From: Microcoleus sp.
GTDB lineage: Bacteria > Cyanobacteriota > Cyanobacteriia > Cyanobacteriales > Microcoleaceae
Assembly (NCBI GenBank): GCA_052279835.1
Contig: CP181291.1
Location: forward strand, 4,608,001-4,672,000
DNA: 64,000 bases
Direction of reading: 5' to 3'
Numbering within the stretch: position 1 is the stretch's first letter; every line of letters begins with the position of its first letter. The notes beneath the pieces are model-generated. The model was not told the DNA's origin. It did no database searches and saw nothing but the letters and a program-made list of their open reading frames with translations. Shown here one piece after another: positions 10,790-21,566 of this stretch. The position numbers were made by a program, and so were the translations under genes.

Positions 10790-12412
10790 TTACAGAGCAG
10801 GCGATGGTTGAGGTGGATTTTCGGCGGGTGCGGGTGCGGGTTCCGGCGACGGTGCGGGTTCGGGTGCTGGCGCGGGTGCGGGTACTGGCGAGGGCGACGG
10901 CGCGGGTGTGGGTGCTGGTGCTGGCGCGGGTGCTGGTGCTGGCGACGGCGAAGGTGCGGGAGTTGGTTTTGGTGTGGGAGTTGGTTTTGGTGTGGGAGTT
11001 GGTGCGGGAGTTGGTTTTGGTGTGGGAGTTGGGGCTGGTGTCGGATCGGGCACGGGTTCCGGTGTTGGGGCTGGTGTCGGATCGGGCAGGGGTTCTGGTG
11101 TTGGGGGTGGTGTCGGATCGGGTAGGGGATCGGGCGCTGGGGCTGGTAGGGGATCGGGTGCTGGTGCGGGCACGGGATCGGGTACTGGTGCTGGCACGGG
11201 ATCGGCTACTGGTGATGGTTCCGGGGTTGGTGTGGGAGTTACTCTGGGTGTGGGAGATGGTAGGAGTGGTGTTTCTGTGTTCACCTCCGTTGGAGTCGGC
11301 TGCGGGCGCTGATTGTTGAGGAATGAACCTACTAAGGCCCAGGAACCGAAGCCGGTCAAGATGACTAAACCTGCACCGATGCCGATCGCCGCCATGGGAT
11401 TGTCCCAAATAGAGCTGGTGGGGGGCTCGATGAGTGGATGGGGCTGGTTTTGGGGGTGGGAACTTTCGCCGATCGGATCTGGCCGTCTACCCACGGCTAC
11501 TGTGGCTACTTGGGAGACATTGGACGATGCCGGTGGCTGAGTGGGGGCTACGGTTTGCGGGTTAGCATAGGGATTTATTTGTCCGTCTAGTGCTTGGGCG
11601 ACTTCGCTGACTGATTGATAGCGATCGGCTGGAGTGCGACTCAACATCCGATTTAAGACTAAAGCTAAAGCCGTGCTCACCTGCACTCGCTGCTGCCAAT
11701 TCCACAGCAGAGTGGTTTGATCGAGTAATTCCTGGGGTTCTTTCCCTGTCAGCAGCACGATCGCTGTTACTGCTAAAGCGTAGAGGTCGCTGCTAGCTGT
11801 GGCTCGCCCGCTTTGCAACTGTTCCAGGGGTGCGTAGCCGATTTTACCGACTGTGGTGGCGTGGGCTGTGCCTTCGGGAGACTGCACTTTGGTGGCGAGT
11901 TCTTTCACTACTCCAAAGTCAATCAGTACGGGCATTTTGTCGTTTTCGCGGAGAATAATGTTTTCTGGCGAGATGTCCCGGTGAATGATGCCGCGGGCGT
12001 GGATGTGAGCTAGCACTGGCAGCATTTGCCGGATAAATACCAGCACTTCGGTTTCCAAGAAGGTGCGGCCACGGTCAAGGCGATCGAGCAGTAGTTCCCG
12101 GTAAGTTTTCCCCTCCACATAATCCTGCACCAAAAATAAACGCTGATTCTCCTCAAATATTGCCCGAAACTGAGGAATTTGGGGGTGTTGAATTTGATAA
12201 AGAATGGCTGCTTCTCTTTGAAACAATTCCTTGGATTTTTCCAGCACGTAGGCACCGCTTTGGGCAGGAATAAATTCCTTCAGGGCGCAATGTTCTTTAA
12301 ATCGTCCCAAGTCTTCTACTAAATAAGTGCGGCCAAATCCTCCTTGACCTAAAATATTCAGTAACCGGTAGCGGCTTTGTAGGAGAGTTCCAATAGCAAT
12401 AGGTGGCTGCAT
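10790..12412 (-). CDS. Hanks-type Ser/Thr kinase with TM helix and Pro-rich repetitive C-terminus
   Basis: [35 protein letters not shown]; about 170 aa of P/T/A repeats. Confidence 0.92.
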   Translation of the reverse strand: MQPPIAIGTLLQSRYRLLNILGQGGFGRTYLVEDLGRFKEHCALKEFIPAQSGAYVLEKSKELFQREAAILYQIQHPQIPQFRAIFEENQRLFLVQDYVEGKTYRELLLDRLDRGRTFLETEVLVFIRQMLPVLAHIHARGIIHRDISPENIILRENDKMPVLIDFGVVKELATKVQSPEGTAHATTVGKIGYAPLEQLQSGRATASSDLYALAVTAIVLLTGKEPQELLDQTTLLWNWQQRVQVSTALALVLNRMLSRTPADRYQSVSEVAQALDGQINPYANPQTVAPTQPPASSNVSQVATVAVGRRPDPIGESSHPQNQPHPLIEPPTSSIWDNPMAAIGIGAGLVILTGFGSWALVGSFLNNQRPQPTPTEVNTETPLLPSPTPRVTPTPTPEPSPVADPVPAPVPDPVPAPAPDPLPAPAPDPLPDPTPPPTPEPLPDPTPAPTPEPVPDPTPAPTPTPKPTPAPTPTPKPTPTPKPTPAPSPSPAPAPAPAPAPTPAPSPSPVPAPAPAPEPAPSPEPAPAPAENPPQPSPAL

Positions 12413-12574
12413 AAATTTAAGTAGACAGTGTTTAAAAATAGACGATCGCCGACAGACTTAGACTGTTATGTTTTTAAGGCTCCATAGCATACTTCATCGT
12501 CTCTAGCTGAGAGTCCCGATCGAAGTTAGCATTTTACATTTTTTTGTACAACTTTCAGTAACCGGGTTTTTTTG

Positions 12575-12623
12575 CAGATTTAAGTAGGGACAACCACAGG
12601 GGGTTTGCCCCTACTTAAATCTG
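12575..12623. repeat. GTAG-type REP-like hairpin
   Basis: CAGATTTAAGTAGGG...CCCTACTTAAATCTG, 15-bp perfect inverted repeat. Confidence 0.75.
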
Positions 12624-12645
12624 ACTGCTGACGAAGGACTGCTGA

Positions 12646-13104
12646 CTAAGGACTAAGCTTCGCTTTCACCATGTCTTGAATTTTCTTGCCGTCTGCTTTG
12701 CCTTTAAGCTGCTGCATGGCTGCTCCCATCACCTTGCCCATATCTTTGGCAGAAGTAGCGCCCGCCGTGGCAATAACAGCATCAATAACTTGACTGATAT
12801 CTTCGTCTGACATCTGAGGTGGCAAATACTCTTCCACAATTGCCAACTCCGCTTCCTCTTGTGCAACTAAATCTTCGCGGCCGCCTTTGCGGTATTGTTC
12901 GATCGAATCCCGGCGCTGTTTTGCTATTTGCATTAAAATCTCCATCTCTTGAGCTTCAGTCAGGGTGTCTTGCCCGGAGGGACGGAGGCTGACTTCTTTT
13001 TCGAGAATAAATTTCTTGATGCCACGTACTGTTTCCAAGCGAACTTTGTCCTTGGATTTCATAGCGGCTTTGATTTCTGCGTCAATGCGTTCTCTTAAGC
13101 TCAT
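12646..13104 (-). CDS. GatB/YqeY domain protein
   Basis: KAAMKSKD, KQRRDSIEQY, YLPPQ, KDMGKVMG. Confidence 0.92.
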   Translation of the reverse strand: MSLRERIDAEIKAAMKSKDKVRLETVRGIKKFILEKEVSLRPSGQDTLTEAQEMEILMQIAKQRRDSIEQYRKGGREDLVAQEEAELAIVEEYLPPQMSDEDISQVIDAVIATAGATSAKDMGKVMGAAMQQLKGKADGKKIQDMVKAKLSP

Positions 13105-13385
13105 GGATTTTCACCTTTTTTTGCCCGATATCAAAAATCAGGAGTCTGCTTCAAATTCTTAACTTTTTTTGCGGTTTTTTGCAAGTTTATTCCGTTTCCA
13201 TCGATCGCAGGCTCGATCGTACCGGAGTTTCAGCTACCATACATAGCTAGCCTAAATCATTTATACCAATCAAAAAAAACCCGTTTCTGGGGGTAAAGTC
13301 CTTACACGACTCAATTAGGGTTGCTATATTTCTAGTTTCCGATGGTAAGATAGCGGTAAAATAAACGTCTTGCAAGAGGCCTGCT

Positions 13386-14378
13386 GTGATCCGTTCTGCT
13401 ACTTTACCGCTTCCGCTTCCCGAGCCGCCCATTTCCTCTCACGATCGTCTCCGGTTGTTTTCCGGTTCTGCTAATGTTCCCCTCGCTCAAGAGGTGGCTC
13501 GCTATCTGGGGATTGATTTGGGGCCGATGGTTCGCAAGCGGTTCGCTGATGGGGAACTCTATGTTCAAATTCAGGAATCGATTCGAGGTTGCGATGTTTA
13601 CTTGATTCAGCCAACTTGCTGTCCGGTGAACGATCGCCTCATGGAATTATTAATTATGATCGATGCTTGTCGCCGCGCTTCGGCCAGACAAGTCACTGCC
13701 GTGATTCCTTACTATGGGTATGCTAGAGCCGATCGCAAAACCGCAGGAAGAGAGTCAATTACCGCGAAATTGGTCGCTAATTTGATTACTGAAGCTGGGG
13801 CTGGTCGCATTTTGGCAATGGATTTACACTCAGCTCAAATTCAAGGTTATTTTGACATTCCTTTCGATCATGTTTACGGCTCTCCCATACTCCTAGATTA
13901 CCTCAAGAGCAAACAGTTGACAGATATTGTTGTGGTGTCGCCGGATGTGGGCGGAGTCGCTAGAGCCAGGGCTTTTGCCAAAAAGCTCAATGACGCACCC
14001 TTGGCAATTATTGACAAACGCCGTCAAGCTCACAATGTGGCGGAAGTGATGAATGTGATCGGGGATGTTCGAGGCAAAACAGCCGTGTTGGTGGACGATA
14101 TGATCGATACTGCTGGCACGATTTGTGAGGGGGCGAGGCTGTTGCGTCGCGAGGGTGCAAGACAGGTTTATGCTTGTGCTACTCATGCTGTGTTTTCACC
14201 TCCAGCGATCGAACGTTTGTCTAGTGGAGTTTTGGAAGAGGTGATTGTTACCAATACCATTCCTGTACCAGAAGAGAAGCAGTTCGAGCAGTTAACTGTG
14301 CTTTCGGTGGCGAATTTGCTGGGAGAAACTATTTGGCGGATTCACGAAGATAGTTCTGTCAGCAGTATGTTCCGCTAG
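13386..14378 (+). CDS. prs: Ribose-phosphate pyrophosphokinase
   Basis: FADGE, PYYGYARADRK, SPDVGG, LVDDMIDTAGT. Confidence 0.97.
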   Translation: MIRSATLPLPLPEPPISSHDRLRLFSGSANVPLAQEVARYLGIDLGPMVRKRFADGELYVQIQESIRGCDVYLIQPTCCPVNDRLMELLIMIDACRRASARQVTAVIPYYGYARADRKTAGRESITAKLVANLITEAGAGRILAMDLHSAQIQGYFDIPFDHVYGSPILLDYLKSKQLTDIVVVSPDVGGVARARAFAKKLNDAPLAIIDKRRQAHNVAEVMNVIGDVRGKTAVLVDDMIDTAGTICEGARLLRREGARQVYACATHAVFSPPAIERLSSGVLEEVIVTNTIPVPEEKQFEQLTVLSVANLLGETIWRIHEDSSVSSMFR

Positions 14379-14409
14379 AGCCCAAAATTATTTGTTTAAT
14401 GTACATAGT

Positions 14410-14445
14410 CTGGTGCGTTAACTCAATTTAGCGCGCCAGTTTTTT
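14410..14445 (+). terminator. Intrinsic terminator after prs
   Basis: CTGGTGCGTTAA/TTAGCGCGCCAG stem (with G-U pairs) followed by T6. Confidence 0.65.
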
Positions 14446-14446
14446 A

Positions 14447-14566
14447 TATCGGAATGATTTAACCGCGAAGGCGCTAAGGACGACCCCCCCCTGCCCCCCC
14501 CAAGGGGGGAAAGAGGAAGAGAAGAGAGAGTTTAATACAGGACGATGAAGAGAGGATTTGATATCA
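14447..14566 (-). repeat. Partial copy of the ATATCAAATCCG MITE family
   Basis: Reverse complement of ~8385-8491, with a different internal hairpin. Confidence 0.75.
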
Positions 14567-14745
14567 GGAACAACAAATGGTAAAATTCTATCTCAATATC
14601 TTGTTGTCTGAAAGACGCTAATCTTTTAATTAGACTTCTCCTAAAAAGCCAAGGTTTGAACAGGCTTTCTGGTCTGTTCTCCAACAATTATGGGAGATGT
14701 CTATTTGAGAAAGGTTGAATTAAAGTAAGGGGAAAATCAAGAAAC

Positions 14746-16008
14746 ATGATCACACTTTCACTGCGACGTACAGCAGCCGCCCTGGCTAGTTCCGCACTTT
14801 TAACCATCGGGGCGATCGGTTCCGCCCTAGCATTTACTTTTGACCAAACAGAAATTAATCAAGACCGAGTGATTGCTATTGCTCAACCCCGTGGTTTTGG
14901 TGGTTACCAATTACTAATTGTGGAACAGGTATCTGACAAGCGAGCGTGCTGGAGCGAAAGTGGCTCTAATCCCGTGAAAGTCGATCCCCTATTGATCTCC
15001 TTTGATTTTACCGGTATTTGCGGTCGTGCTACTGACAGTAACGGTTTTTCTATTCGCATGGCCGGCACTGACTTAGCATTAAAATATACCCTAGATTTAC
15101 AGCAGGTCAACGGTGATGTTTTACTCATGGGAACTCCTATCGATCTCAAAGGCGAACCTGTGATTATCGGTAGAACCAATGGTGATGCGAATGGCTTTAT
15201 GAAAATTATTCTAGATCCAGCTTGGCGCTTGACCAAAAGATCTTATCAGGGCAAAGTATTAGGTCACTTTTATTTCACTAGCAATCAAGCTGCACCGGGA
15301 GATACTGGCGGAAACAGTGGCGGAAATACTGGTGGAAATACTGGCGGAAATACTGGCGGAAATACTGGCGGAAACACGGGCGGAAACACTGGCGGAAATA
15401 CTGGTACTCCTACCTTTAGAGATATTGCAAATGATATATATGCTTCTGAAATAAAAGAAGCTGTCAGCCTGGGATTTGTAGCAGGATTTGCTCAAGATAA
15501 TACTTTTCGACCGCAAGTCGCTGTCACTAGAGAGGAATTAGTCTCCTTAGTATTAGAAGGTTTGAAAGGAATACCAGGGGCTAATATCAAATTTCCTACC
15601 AGTATTTCTTTGCGTCCCTATAGCGACGTTGATACTTCCCGTTGGAGTGCAGCTAAAGTTCAATTTGCGCGGGATAATAACATAGTGAGCGGCTATAAAG
15701 ATGGAACTTTTAAACCTACCCAACCAGTCACTCGTGCTGAATTGATGGCTGTCCTCCGTCGTTCCGCAGAATTTGGTTTGTCGGCGCGGGGAATGAAGCC
15801 AGATTTAATTCCAAAACAGCCTGCTAAAAATTTTTCTGATACTCAAAGTCATTGGGCGGCGGCAATTATTAATCAAATGTCTGGCTATTGTTCAGTTGCT
15901 TCGTCTCTAAATGAAATTGGAAATCGGTTTGCTCCCGATGATTCTGCAAAACGGAATTATGCAGCGGCGGCTACTTTGCGGATGTTGAAATGTGTTAAAG
16001 CTCAGTAG
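14746..16008 (+). CDS. Secreted DUF3747 + SLH domain protein with GGNT linker
   Basis: Signal peptide; FDFTGICGRATDSNGFSIR; (GGNT)n; SLH motifs FRPQVAVTREE, FKPTQPVTRAE. Confidence 0.85.
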   Translation: MITLSLRRTAAALASSALLTIGAIGSALAFTFDQTEINQDRVIAIAQPRGFGGYQLLIVEQVSDKRACWSESGSNPVKVDPLLISFDFTGICGRATDSNGFSIRMAGTDLALKYTLDLQQVNGDVLLMGTPIDLKGEPVIIGRTNGDANGFMKIILDPAWRLTKRSYQGKVLGHFYFTSNQAAPGDTGGNSGGNTGGNTGGNTGGNTGGNTGGNTGGNTGTPTFRDIANDIYASEIKEAVSLGFVAGFAQDNTFRPQVAVTREELVSLVLEGLKGIPGANIKFPTSISLRPYSDVDTSRWSAAKVQFARDNNIVSGYKDGTFKPTQPVTRAELMAVLRRSAEFGLSARGMKPDLIPKQPAKNFSDTQSHWAAAIINQMSGYCSVASSLNEIGNRFAPDDSAKRNYAAAATLRMLKCVKAQ

Positions 16009-16095
16009 CAGCAAAGCACAGTTTTAAGTTCGGAGTCGAGCGGGACTAAAATCCTTACTACAAAAAGGTTTGTAGTGAGGAATTTCTTCCTCAAA

Positions 16096-17019
16096 TTACT
16101 TTTTTCTTGACTCAGTTTTCTTAGGTTTTTGCTTAGATGCTTGTTTCTTTTTTTGGGGAGTGTCGATTATTTCGGCTTCTTGAACCACAACATTTTCAGT
16201 AGCTTTGCAGAAGTCATTTAAGGATATTTTTGCTTGAGCTTGGAGTTCGTTGAGTAAGTTTGATGCTGTTTCTAATATTTGTTTTCCCTGTCGTACTTGG
16301 ATGGTAGTTTGATTTTCGATCGCATCAAACAACACAAAAATAGATATGCTTTGCCAAATATTCACATCATCGCCAATTACATCACACTTAGTGACAAGTT
16401 TGCCGTCGGCTGGGATGTGAATTCCTAAGCCCGAATTTTCAATTAATGGCTGAATTTCTGTGATACTTAAATTGGCAAGATCCGCAATTTTATGTTCAAG
16501 TAATATTAAGTCTGCTACATCTGGTAAGTCGATCTTTTCTGCCCGTAGAGGATCTAACTTAAAGGTAAGAGTTTGATTTAAGGGATCGGAAATGGCATAA
16601 ATTGATTGAATTTGCGACTTGTTAACAGCACCTAAATCGCAAAAATCTCTGCCTCCAGGTGCGATCCTCTTCGAGGGCTTCGCTAACGCAATTTTGCCCG
16701 TTGCAGACACCTCCAAGATATCCAAACTCACCAAAGTCGTTGCCGTAGTTTTCACAAAAACCTCGTCTAACCCCAGCAAATCAGCCAATTCTTTCAAAGT
16801 GGGCGGAGGTTCAAACTCGATACAAGCCCGTAATATAAACTCTTCTAGCACGTTAAATTTGCGAGGTTCGCTAATTGTCACCTCCAAAGGTGTTTGTCGA
16901 TTCGCACAGCGGAATTGACGCGCAGCTAAAACTGACAAACCGGGATTTTGTTGCTCAATTTGTTCGACGAGGGCGCTTAAATTTGAATCAATTTGTTTAG
17001 TTGAGGAAGCTAGAGACAT
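16096..17019 (-). CDS. Hypothetical protein coupled to the helicase (N-terminal winged-helix-like segment)
   Basis: 307-aa ORF whose start overlaps the helicase 3' end; LKELADLLGLDEVFV is HTH-like. Confidence 0.75.
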   Translation of the reverse strand: MSLASSTKQIDSNLSALVEQIEQQNPGLSVLAARQFRCANRQTPLEVTISEPRKFNVLEEFILRACIEFEPPPTLKELADLLGLDEVFVKTTATTLVSLDILEVSATGKIALAKPSKRIAPGGRDFCDLGAVNKSQIQSIYAISDPLNQTLTFKLDPLRAEKIDLPDVADLILLEHKIADLANLSITEIQPLIENSGLGIHIPADGKLVTKCDVIGDDVNIWQSISIFVLFDAIENQTTIQVRQGKQILETASNLLNELQAQAKISLNDFCKATENVVVQEAEIIDTPQKKKQASKQKPKKTESRKK

Positions 17020-20000
17020 CTACAAAACCTCCACAGTAACGCACCGTTTTTGAAACTTCCTGATACATTTTTCCCACAGTACCTGTTTGTTGGGTAAATA
17101 AATCGTGGCAGCCAACAACTACCAGCAATTCTTGAGCGCGGGAAAATGCCACATTCACCCGTTCCGGTTCCTTGGCAAATCCAATATCTCCCCTATTATT
17201 ATTGCACACTGTGCTGACAATAATCACAGGTCGCTCCATGCCTTGAAATATGTCCACAGTCCCAGTACGGATACTCAGAGATGGAAATCTTTCCGGTTCA
17301 ATTCTATCTTGAATTAACCTTAACTGAGCGCCGTAAAAAGTAATGATTCCGATTTCTTTAGGCGGTTCACCATTGGCAATTTTTGACTGCCAAGCTATTT
17401 CCATTTCTTCGCACAAACGTTCAATGGCATCTACTTCTTTGATATTCAAGCGGGAAGTGCCATTCTTTTCTTCTTCAAAACCTGGTCCAATTGGTGTTTT
17501 CACCCACAGGATGTGATTAGTGTCTTGAAGGATTTTACCCGCCAGGTTGTGGGCGCGTCTGGTGTCTGGTTCGGCAATGCCACAGTTGAGTTTTTGGTCA
17601 TAAAATTGATTGATTGCTGCCATAATCTGCGGGTGCATTCGGTATTGAGTTGTCAGCATTTGTTTGATGCTGTCGTTGGCATTTTCAAACAACGTTTTGA
17701 ATAGGGATTCTTTGATGAAACTTAGTTCGTCTCCGCTACAGCCAATTTCTTCGGCAATATCAGCGATGGTATTGCGATCGAACATAGGCGGTAACTGTCT
17801 GTGATCGCCTACTAACACTAATTTTTTGCCTTTCAAAGCGGGAATCAATAATTCTGGGGGCGTACATTTACTAACTTCGTCAATGATGACTGCATCAAAG
17901 CTGGGGAAGTTTTTGCTGAAGTCGAAACTGGCTGCTTGTACGCAAGTAATGCCAATAACATTGGCATTGTCTATATAAATTTGCTTTAAATCACTTTGGT
18001 CTTTTTCCGAAGGATGACGGAGTTTTTTTATCCAGTCTCTTACAAATTCTTGAGAGCGATTTAGTTCTGTTTCGTCTCGTTCTAATTCTTGTTTCCATTT
18101 AGTTAATTGTCGTTTTATTCTCCGTAAAAATTCCACAGTGAACAATCCCGTACTGCTCACTTCTGGCTTGTATTTATCTGGGAAATTTTGCCATGCGGAC
18201 TCCCACCAAGTTCTGTCCATAATTAATGCGGGTGTTGGCTGCTGCTGTTGGAGTTTTTCCAGAACTTCGCTCAATTCTGTTTGGAGTTCTTGCAGTTGCT
18301 GTAACCCGTTGTTCGATGCTAGTTGCAGCGGCAATAAATGGTCTTTGAGACTGTTTTTAATGAGTTCCAAAATACCGAAAGGATCTAGGGCTGTTATGTA
18401 GTTTTCTAGCTGAGAAGTAATTTCTTTCCAAGCCTCAAATTGTCGAATAAATTGTTGTGGTTGTTCCCAGATATTAGATGTGCGGGTAAGATATTGTTCG
18501 GCTAAGGTTTGCATTTTTTCGGGGAGGTTTGGCTGGGCGACAATTGCTTGCAAGAGATTAGTTGCTGTGTTAATTTTTAAATTGGTTGCTTGTTGTGCTG
18601 TTTCTAGCTGAAGTTGAAGGGCGGATATTTCGGGCTGATTTAAGCTGAAGTTTAGTCGCTCTAATAGCTGTTGCTGTTTTTGTAGTTGCTGTTCGGTTTC
18701 TGTTTTCAGGGGAACCACACATTGGCGTGCATTTTCGAGGATGGTGTGCAGCAATTCTTTGGCGAGACGATCGAGGGTTGTCTGGATGTTATGTGGCTGT
18801 AAAGATGCGCTGTAAATTTTTTGAATATTGGCGAAGAAAGTGCTGGTTGTTTCTATGATAAGTTGTCGTTGACTTCGGCTGATTTGGGAATAGTTATCAA
18901 AATCTTTGGCTAGTTGTTGCCATTGGGTCCGATCGCCTACAGAGAGTACGATCGGCGTTTGACTCAAATTCAGGTGCAAAAACTCGCTAAATCGGAATTG
19001 TTGACCTTGAAGGTCCTTAAAACCCCCGCTGGCTTCATGGGAAATCGCCTTTTGTAGTCTGTCTAAATCGGGCAAACTAACTTTCCATTTGGCGGGGACG
19101 ATCGCCAATTTGAGCGATCGGGCAATTTTCAACAATCCCCCAGGCAATTCTACCATGTCATCGGTCAGCAGCGCCCCTGTTTCCCAGCAAGATTTGACTA
19201 CTGCATCCAGTCGAGTATCCGCAGTCTGAATCCACTCTGCAACAGCGACAACAACGGTGGCAATTTCTGCTTTTCGCAGTTCCAAATTCTGGATTTTCTG
19301 CTGTAAATTTTGGCGATTTGTCTGATTTTGGCGATCGCCCAATTGTAGCTGACTCAAAGCATCAGAAATCTGTCGCGACACCCTCCGCGAATCCGCAACT
19401 CCTGACATAGCATTACAAACATCATCAGCACAATCAAAGGCTGTTTGAAATTCTGCTATTTGTGGTGCTACAGTTTCTCGCAACCAAACCGCAATCCCAA
19501 AAGCACCACAAGCTGGCCTAACAAAGCCGATTTGAGTAGCCTGATTAGCAGCAGTCCGCACATCTCCCATAAAATTTTCGACTAAAACATTACCTTCTGA
19601 ATAAGGTTTAAGTCTGGGTAAAAATTCGGTTGTTTCGGGAGATTCCCAATCGACTTTGGGTGAATCTAGCAGTTTTTGTAAGCAGACAAATAAAGCTTCA
19701 ATCTCTTGTTCTTCTGCTAAACTTTCATGGTATACTGTTTCTTGGTGATAGCAGTTAGCCTCAAGATTTGCCTTGGCACTGTGCAGGTGTTTTTGTTGAT
19801 TATAAAAATCTAATTCCGCTGTAAAGTAAGCAGGAAATCTTTCATATTCTGTTAATAAATTTCGTAAATAAGTGATATTTTGCTGGCGATTTAATAGTTT
19901 TTGTTCGCAGTCAGTCGCCGTATTTTGTAGCCAAGTGCCGATCGCATTTTCTTCCAAAAACGGCTGTCCTTCTTCCTGCACCTTATGAGCTTTTCCCTTC

Positions 20001-21301
20001 CGCAACGCCCGAATCGCCGGATTGTGAACCAAGCGACTCAAAGCATTATCTACAGCTAAATTTGCCTGAGAAGCAATCAGGGTTTTGCCACCTTGACGGG
20101 CAATTTGATAGCAAATCTCGGCAATCACCGTAGTTTTTCCAGTTCCCGGAGGTCCTTGAATCAGAATTAAATCTCGTGCAGCCAGCACTGTTTCTACCGC
20201 AGAAATTTGGTCAGCATTCGCATTGGAATTTAATAAATTTTCCCGTTCTAGTTTAATATTTTTTTGTGGCAACCTTGCTTGGGAAGCGTCGAACAAAAAA
20301 TCGCTCAAATAGGGATTTTGAGCCCGGCCATCTGCCAACATTTTCAAAGCTTGTTCTTTGCGTTTAATCTGAGTGATATCGCCAGCAGCCTCAAAATACA
20401 AAAATCCTTGTTTAGGTAATAAATATCGATCGCCAGCCATGCGCACAGCTAAATCTGGGTCTAATTTGATGCGTAATTTGCTACGTTCAAAGTCAATTTC
20501 AGCGATCGAACCTAAAGTTTCTCCATCTCGGCTGCTTCTGGTTCCTGGCGCAGAATCAAACAGAGTAATTTCTTCATGGCGGGCATTTTTTAGCCTTTCT
20601 CGAAAGTCGCCCAATTCTAAACAATTTTCATCATAGCCATCTAGAGTTGCGGAACTAGAATCAATTTCTAAAGTGATGATTTTGAGCGTCGAACCGTAAT
20701 TATGACCTCGGAAAGGGACGCAAAATTGACGAGCTTCCGCAATCCGTTTTTCAACTTTTAGGAAACTGTGCCAAACTTTTAGTTGTTCCTCGGTTGGTAT
20801 GTGTCTATCTTCCCAAAATGGCAGTTGTTGTACGCGGGCGATCGACTTGCGAGGCACCCCGGCTTTACTATTACCTAAAAGTCGCAATTTATGGGGCAAA
20901 ACATAACCATCTTTCTTACCTCTTAGCTGATTTACTAAACCAGCATCCAATAACTTGAGGCCACCAATGCCATCTTCGCAGCGTACAGTTGCTAATAAGC
21001 GTAAAGTGCAGTCTCTTTTTTGCAACAATTCTGGGAATTCAAAATCATCTCGATCCGTAGCAACGATCAATTCCCAAATTTCTTCTTCCGAAAATCTCTG
21101 ATTTACCTGTTGGCGGCGCAGATAGAAAATATTGTGAGATTTACCGGCAATCTCTGACATCATAATTTCCGCACGCTCTTTGCATTCCCAATCGCAATAT
21201 TTTGCTAAAGCTGCTTCCCCTTCAACATCGCGAATAAATTTATTAATCGCCCGATTCCCAGTAAATTTGTATCCCCAATCTTCTGTGACTAAAGATGGCA
21301 T
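16997..21301 (-). CDS. Large SF1 (Upf1/DNA2-NAM7-like) helicase with long coiled-coil insertion
   Basis: QGPPGTGKT, SQANLAVDN, IIDEVSK, GDHRQLPP, QYRMHP, TVDIFQG, NVAFSRA. Confidence 0.9.
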   Translation of the reverse strand: MPSLVTEDWGYKFTGNRAINKFIRDVEGEAALAKYCDWECKERAEIMMSEIAGKSHNIFYLRRQQVNQRFSEEEIWELIVATDRDDFEFPELLQKRDCTLRLLATVRCEDGIGGLKLLDAGLVNQLRGKKDGYVLPHKLRLLGNSKAGVPRKSIARVQQLPFWEDRHIPTEEQLKVWHSFLKVEKRIAEARQFCVPFRGHNYGSTLKIITLEIDSSSATLDGYDENCLELGDFRERLKNARHEEITLFDSAPGTRSSRDGETLGSIAEIDFERSKLRIKLDPDLAVRMAGDRYLLPKQGFLYFEAAGDITQIKRKEQALKMLADGRAQNPYLSDFLFDASQARLPQKNIKLERENLLNSNANADQISAVETVLAARDLILIQGPPGTGKTTVIAEICYQIARQGGKTLIASQANLAVDNALSRLVHNPAIRALRKGKAHKVQEEGQPFLEENAIGTWLQNTATDCEQKLLNRQQNITYLRNLLTEYERFPAYFTAELDFYNQQKHLHSAKANLEANCYHQETVYHESLAEEQEIEALFVCLQKLLDSPKVDWESPETTEFLPRLKPYSEGNVLVENFMGDVRTAANQATQIGFVRPACGAFGIAVWLRETVAPQIAEFQTAFDCADDVCNAMSGVADSRRVSRQISDALSQLQLGDRQNQTNRQNLQQKIQNLELRKAEIATVVVAVAEWIQTADTRLDAVVKSCWETGALLTDDMVELPGGLLKIARSLKLAIVPAKWKVSLPDLDRLQKAISHEASGGFKDLQGQQFRFSEFLHLNLSQTPIVLSVGDRTQWQQLAKDFDNYSQISRSQRQLIIETTSTFFANIQKIYSASLQPHNIQTTLDRLAKELLHTILENARQCVVPLKTETEQQLQKQQQLLERLNFSLNQPEISALQLQLETAQQATNLKINTATNLLQAIVAQPNLPEKMQTLAEQYLTRTSNIWEQPQQFIRQFEAWKEITSQLENYITALDPFGILELIKNSLKDHLLPLQLASNNGLQQLQELQTELSEVLEKLQQQQPTPALIMDRTWWESAWQNFPDKYKPEVSSTGLFTVEFLRRIKRQLTKWKQELERDETELNRSQEFVRDWIKKLRHPSEKDQSDLKQIYIDNANVIGITCVQAASFDFSKNFPSFDAVIIDEVSKCTPPELLIPALKGKKLVLVGDHRQLPPMFDRNTIADIAEEIGCSGDELSFIKESLFKTLFENANDSIKQMLTTQYRMHPQIMAAINQFYDQKLNCGIAEPDTRRAHNLAGKILQDTNHILWVKTPIGPGFEEEKNGTSRLNIKEVDAIERLCEEMEIAWQSKIANGEPPKEIGIITFYGAQLRLIQDRIEPERFPSLSIRTGTVDIFQGMERPVIIVSTVCNNNRGDIGFAKEPERVNVAFSRAQELLVVVGCHDLFTQQTGTVGKMYQEVSKTVRYCGGFVDVSSFLN

Positions 21302-21440
21302 CTTTATTTTCTATGATTGTTTGTCGCCTCGATAAATATAACGTTAGCACGATCGGAACTTGTGCGGGTCTACCCACCAGGTGTCTACCAAATCCCAGGG
21401 TTGTGCAGTGTAATACCGTCAGGGAAGCTCTGGATGTGAA

Positions 21441-21473
21441 AATTGGTTCCTAGGGAGAACCTAGGAACCAATT
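21441..21473 (-). terminator. Hairpin downstream of tRNA-His
   Basis: AATTGGTTCCTAGG-N5-CCTAGGAACCAATT, 14-bp perfect inverted repeat. Confidence 0.6.
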
Positions 21474-21492
21474 AAAAATGGAGATTTAAAAG

Positions 21493-21566
21493 GGCGAACG
21501 ATGGGACTTGAACCCACGAATGGTGGTACCACAAACCACTGCCTTAACCACTTGGCTACGCTCGCC
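21493..21566 (-). tRNA. tRNA-His (GUG)
   Basis: GGCGAGCGTAGCCAAGTGGTTAAGGCAGTGGTTTGTGGTACCAC...GGTTCAAGTCC...CGTTCGCC; G-1 and C discriminator; CCA not encoded. Confidence 0.95.

Noticed and set aside
10765..11408. Several long alternative-frame ORFs (RV-, GC-, GV- and TR-rich)
   Set aside because: Shadows of the stop-poor Pro-rich repeat of the kinase
15304..15405. 12-bp tandem repeat GGCGGAAATACT
   Set aside because: In-frame GGNT linker within the SLH protein; ordinary
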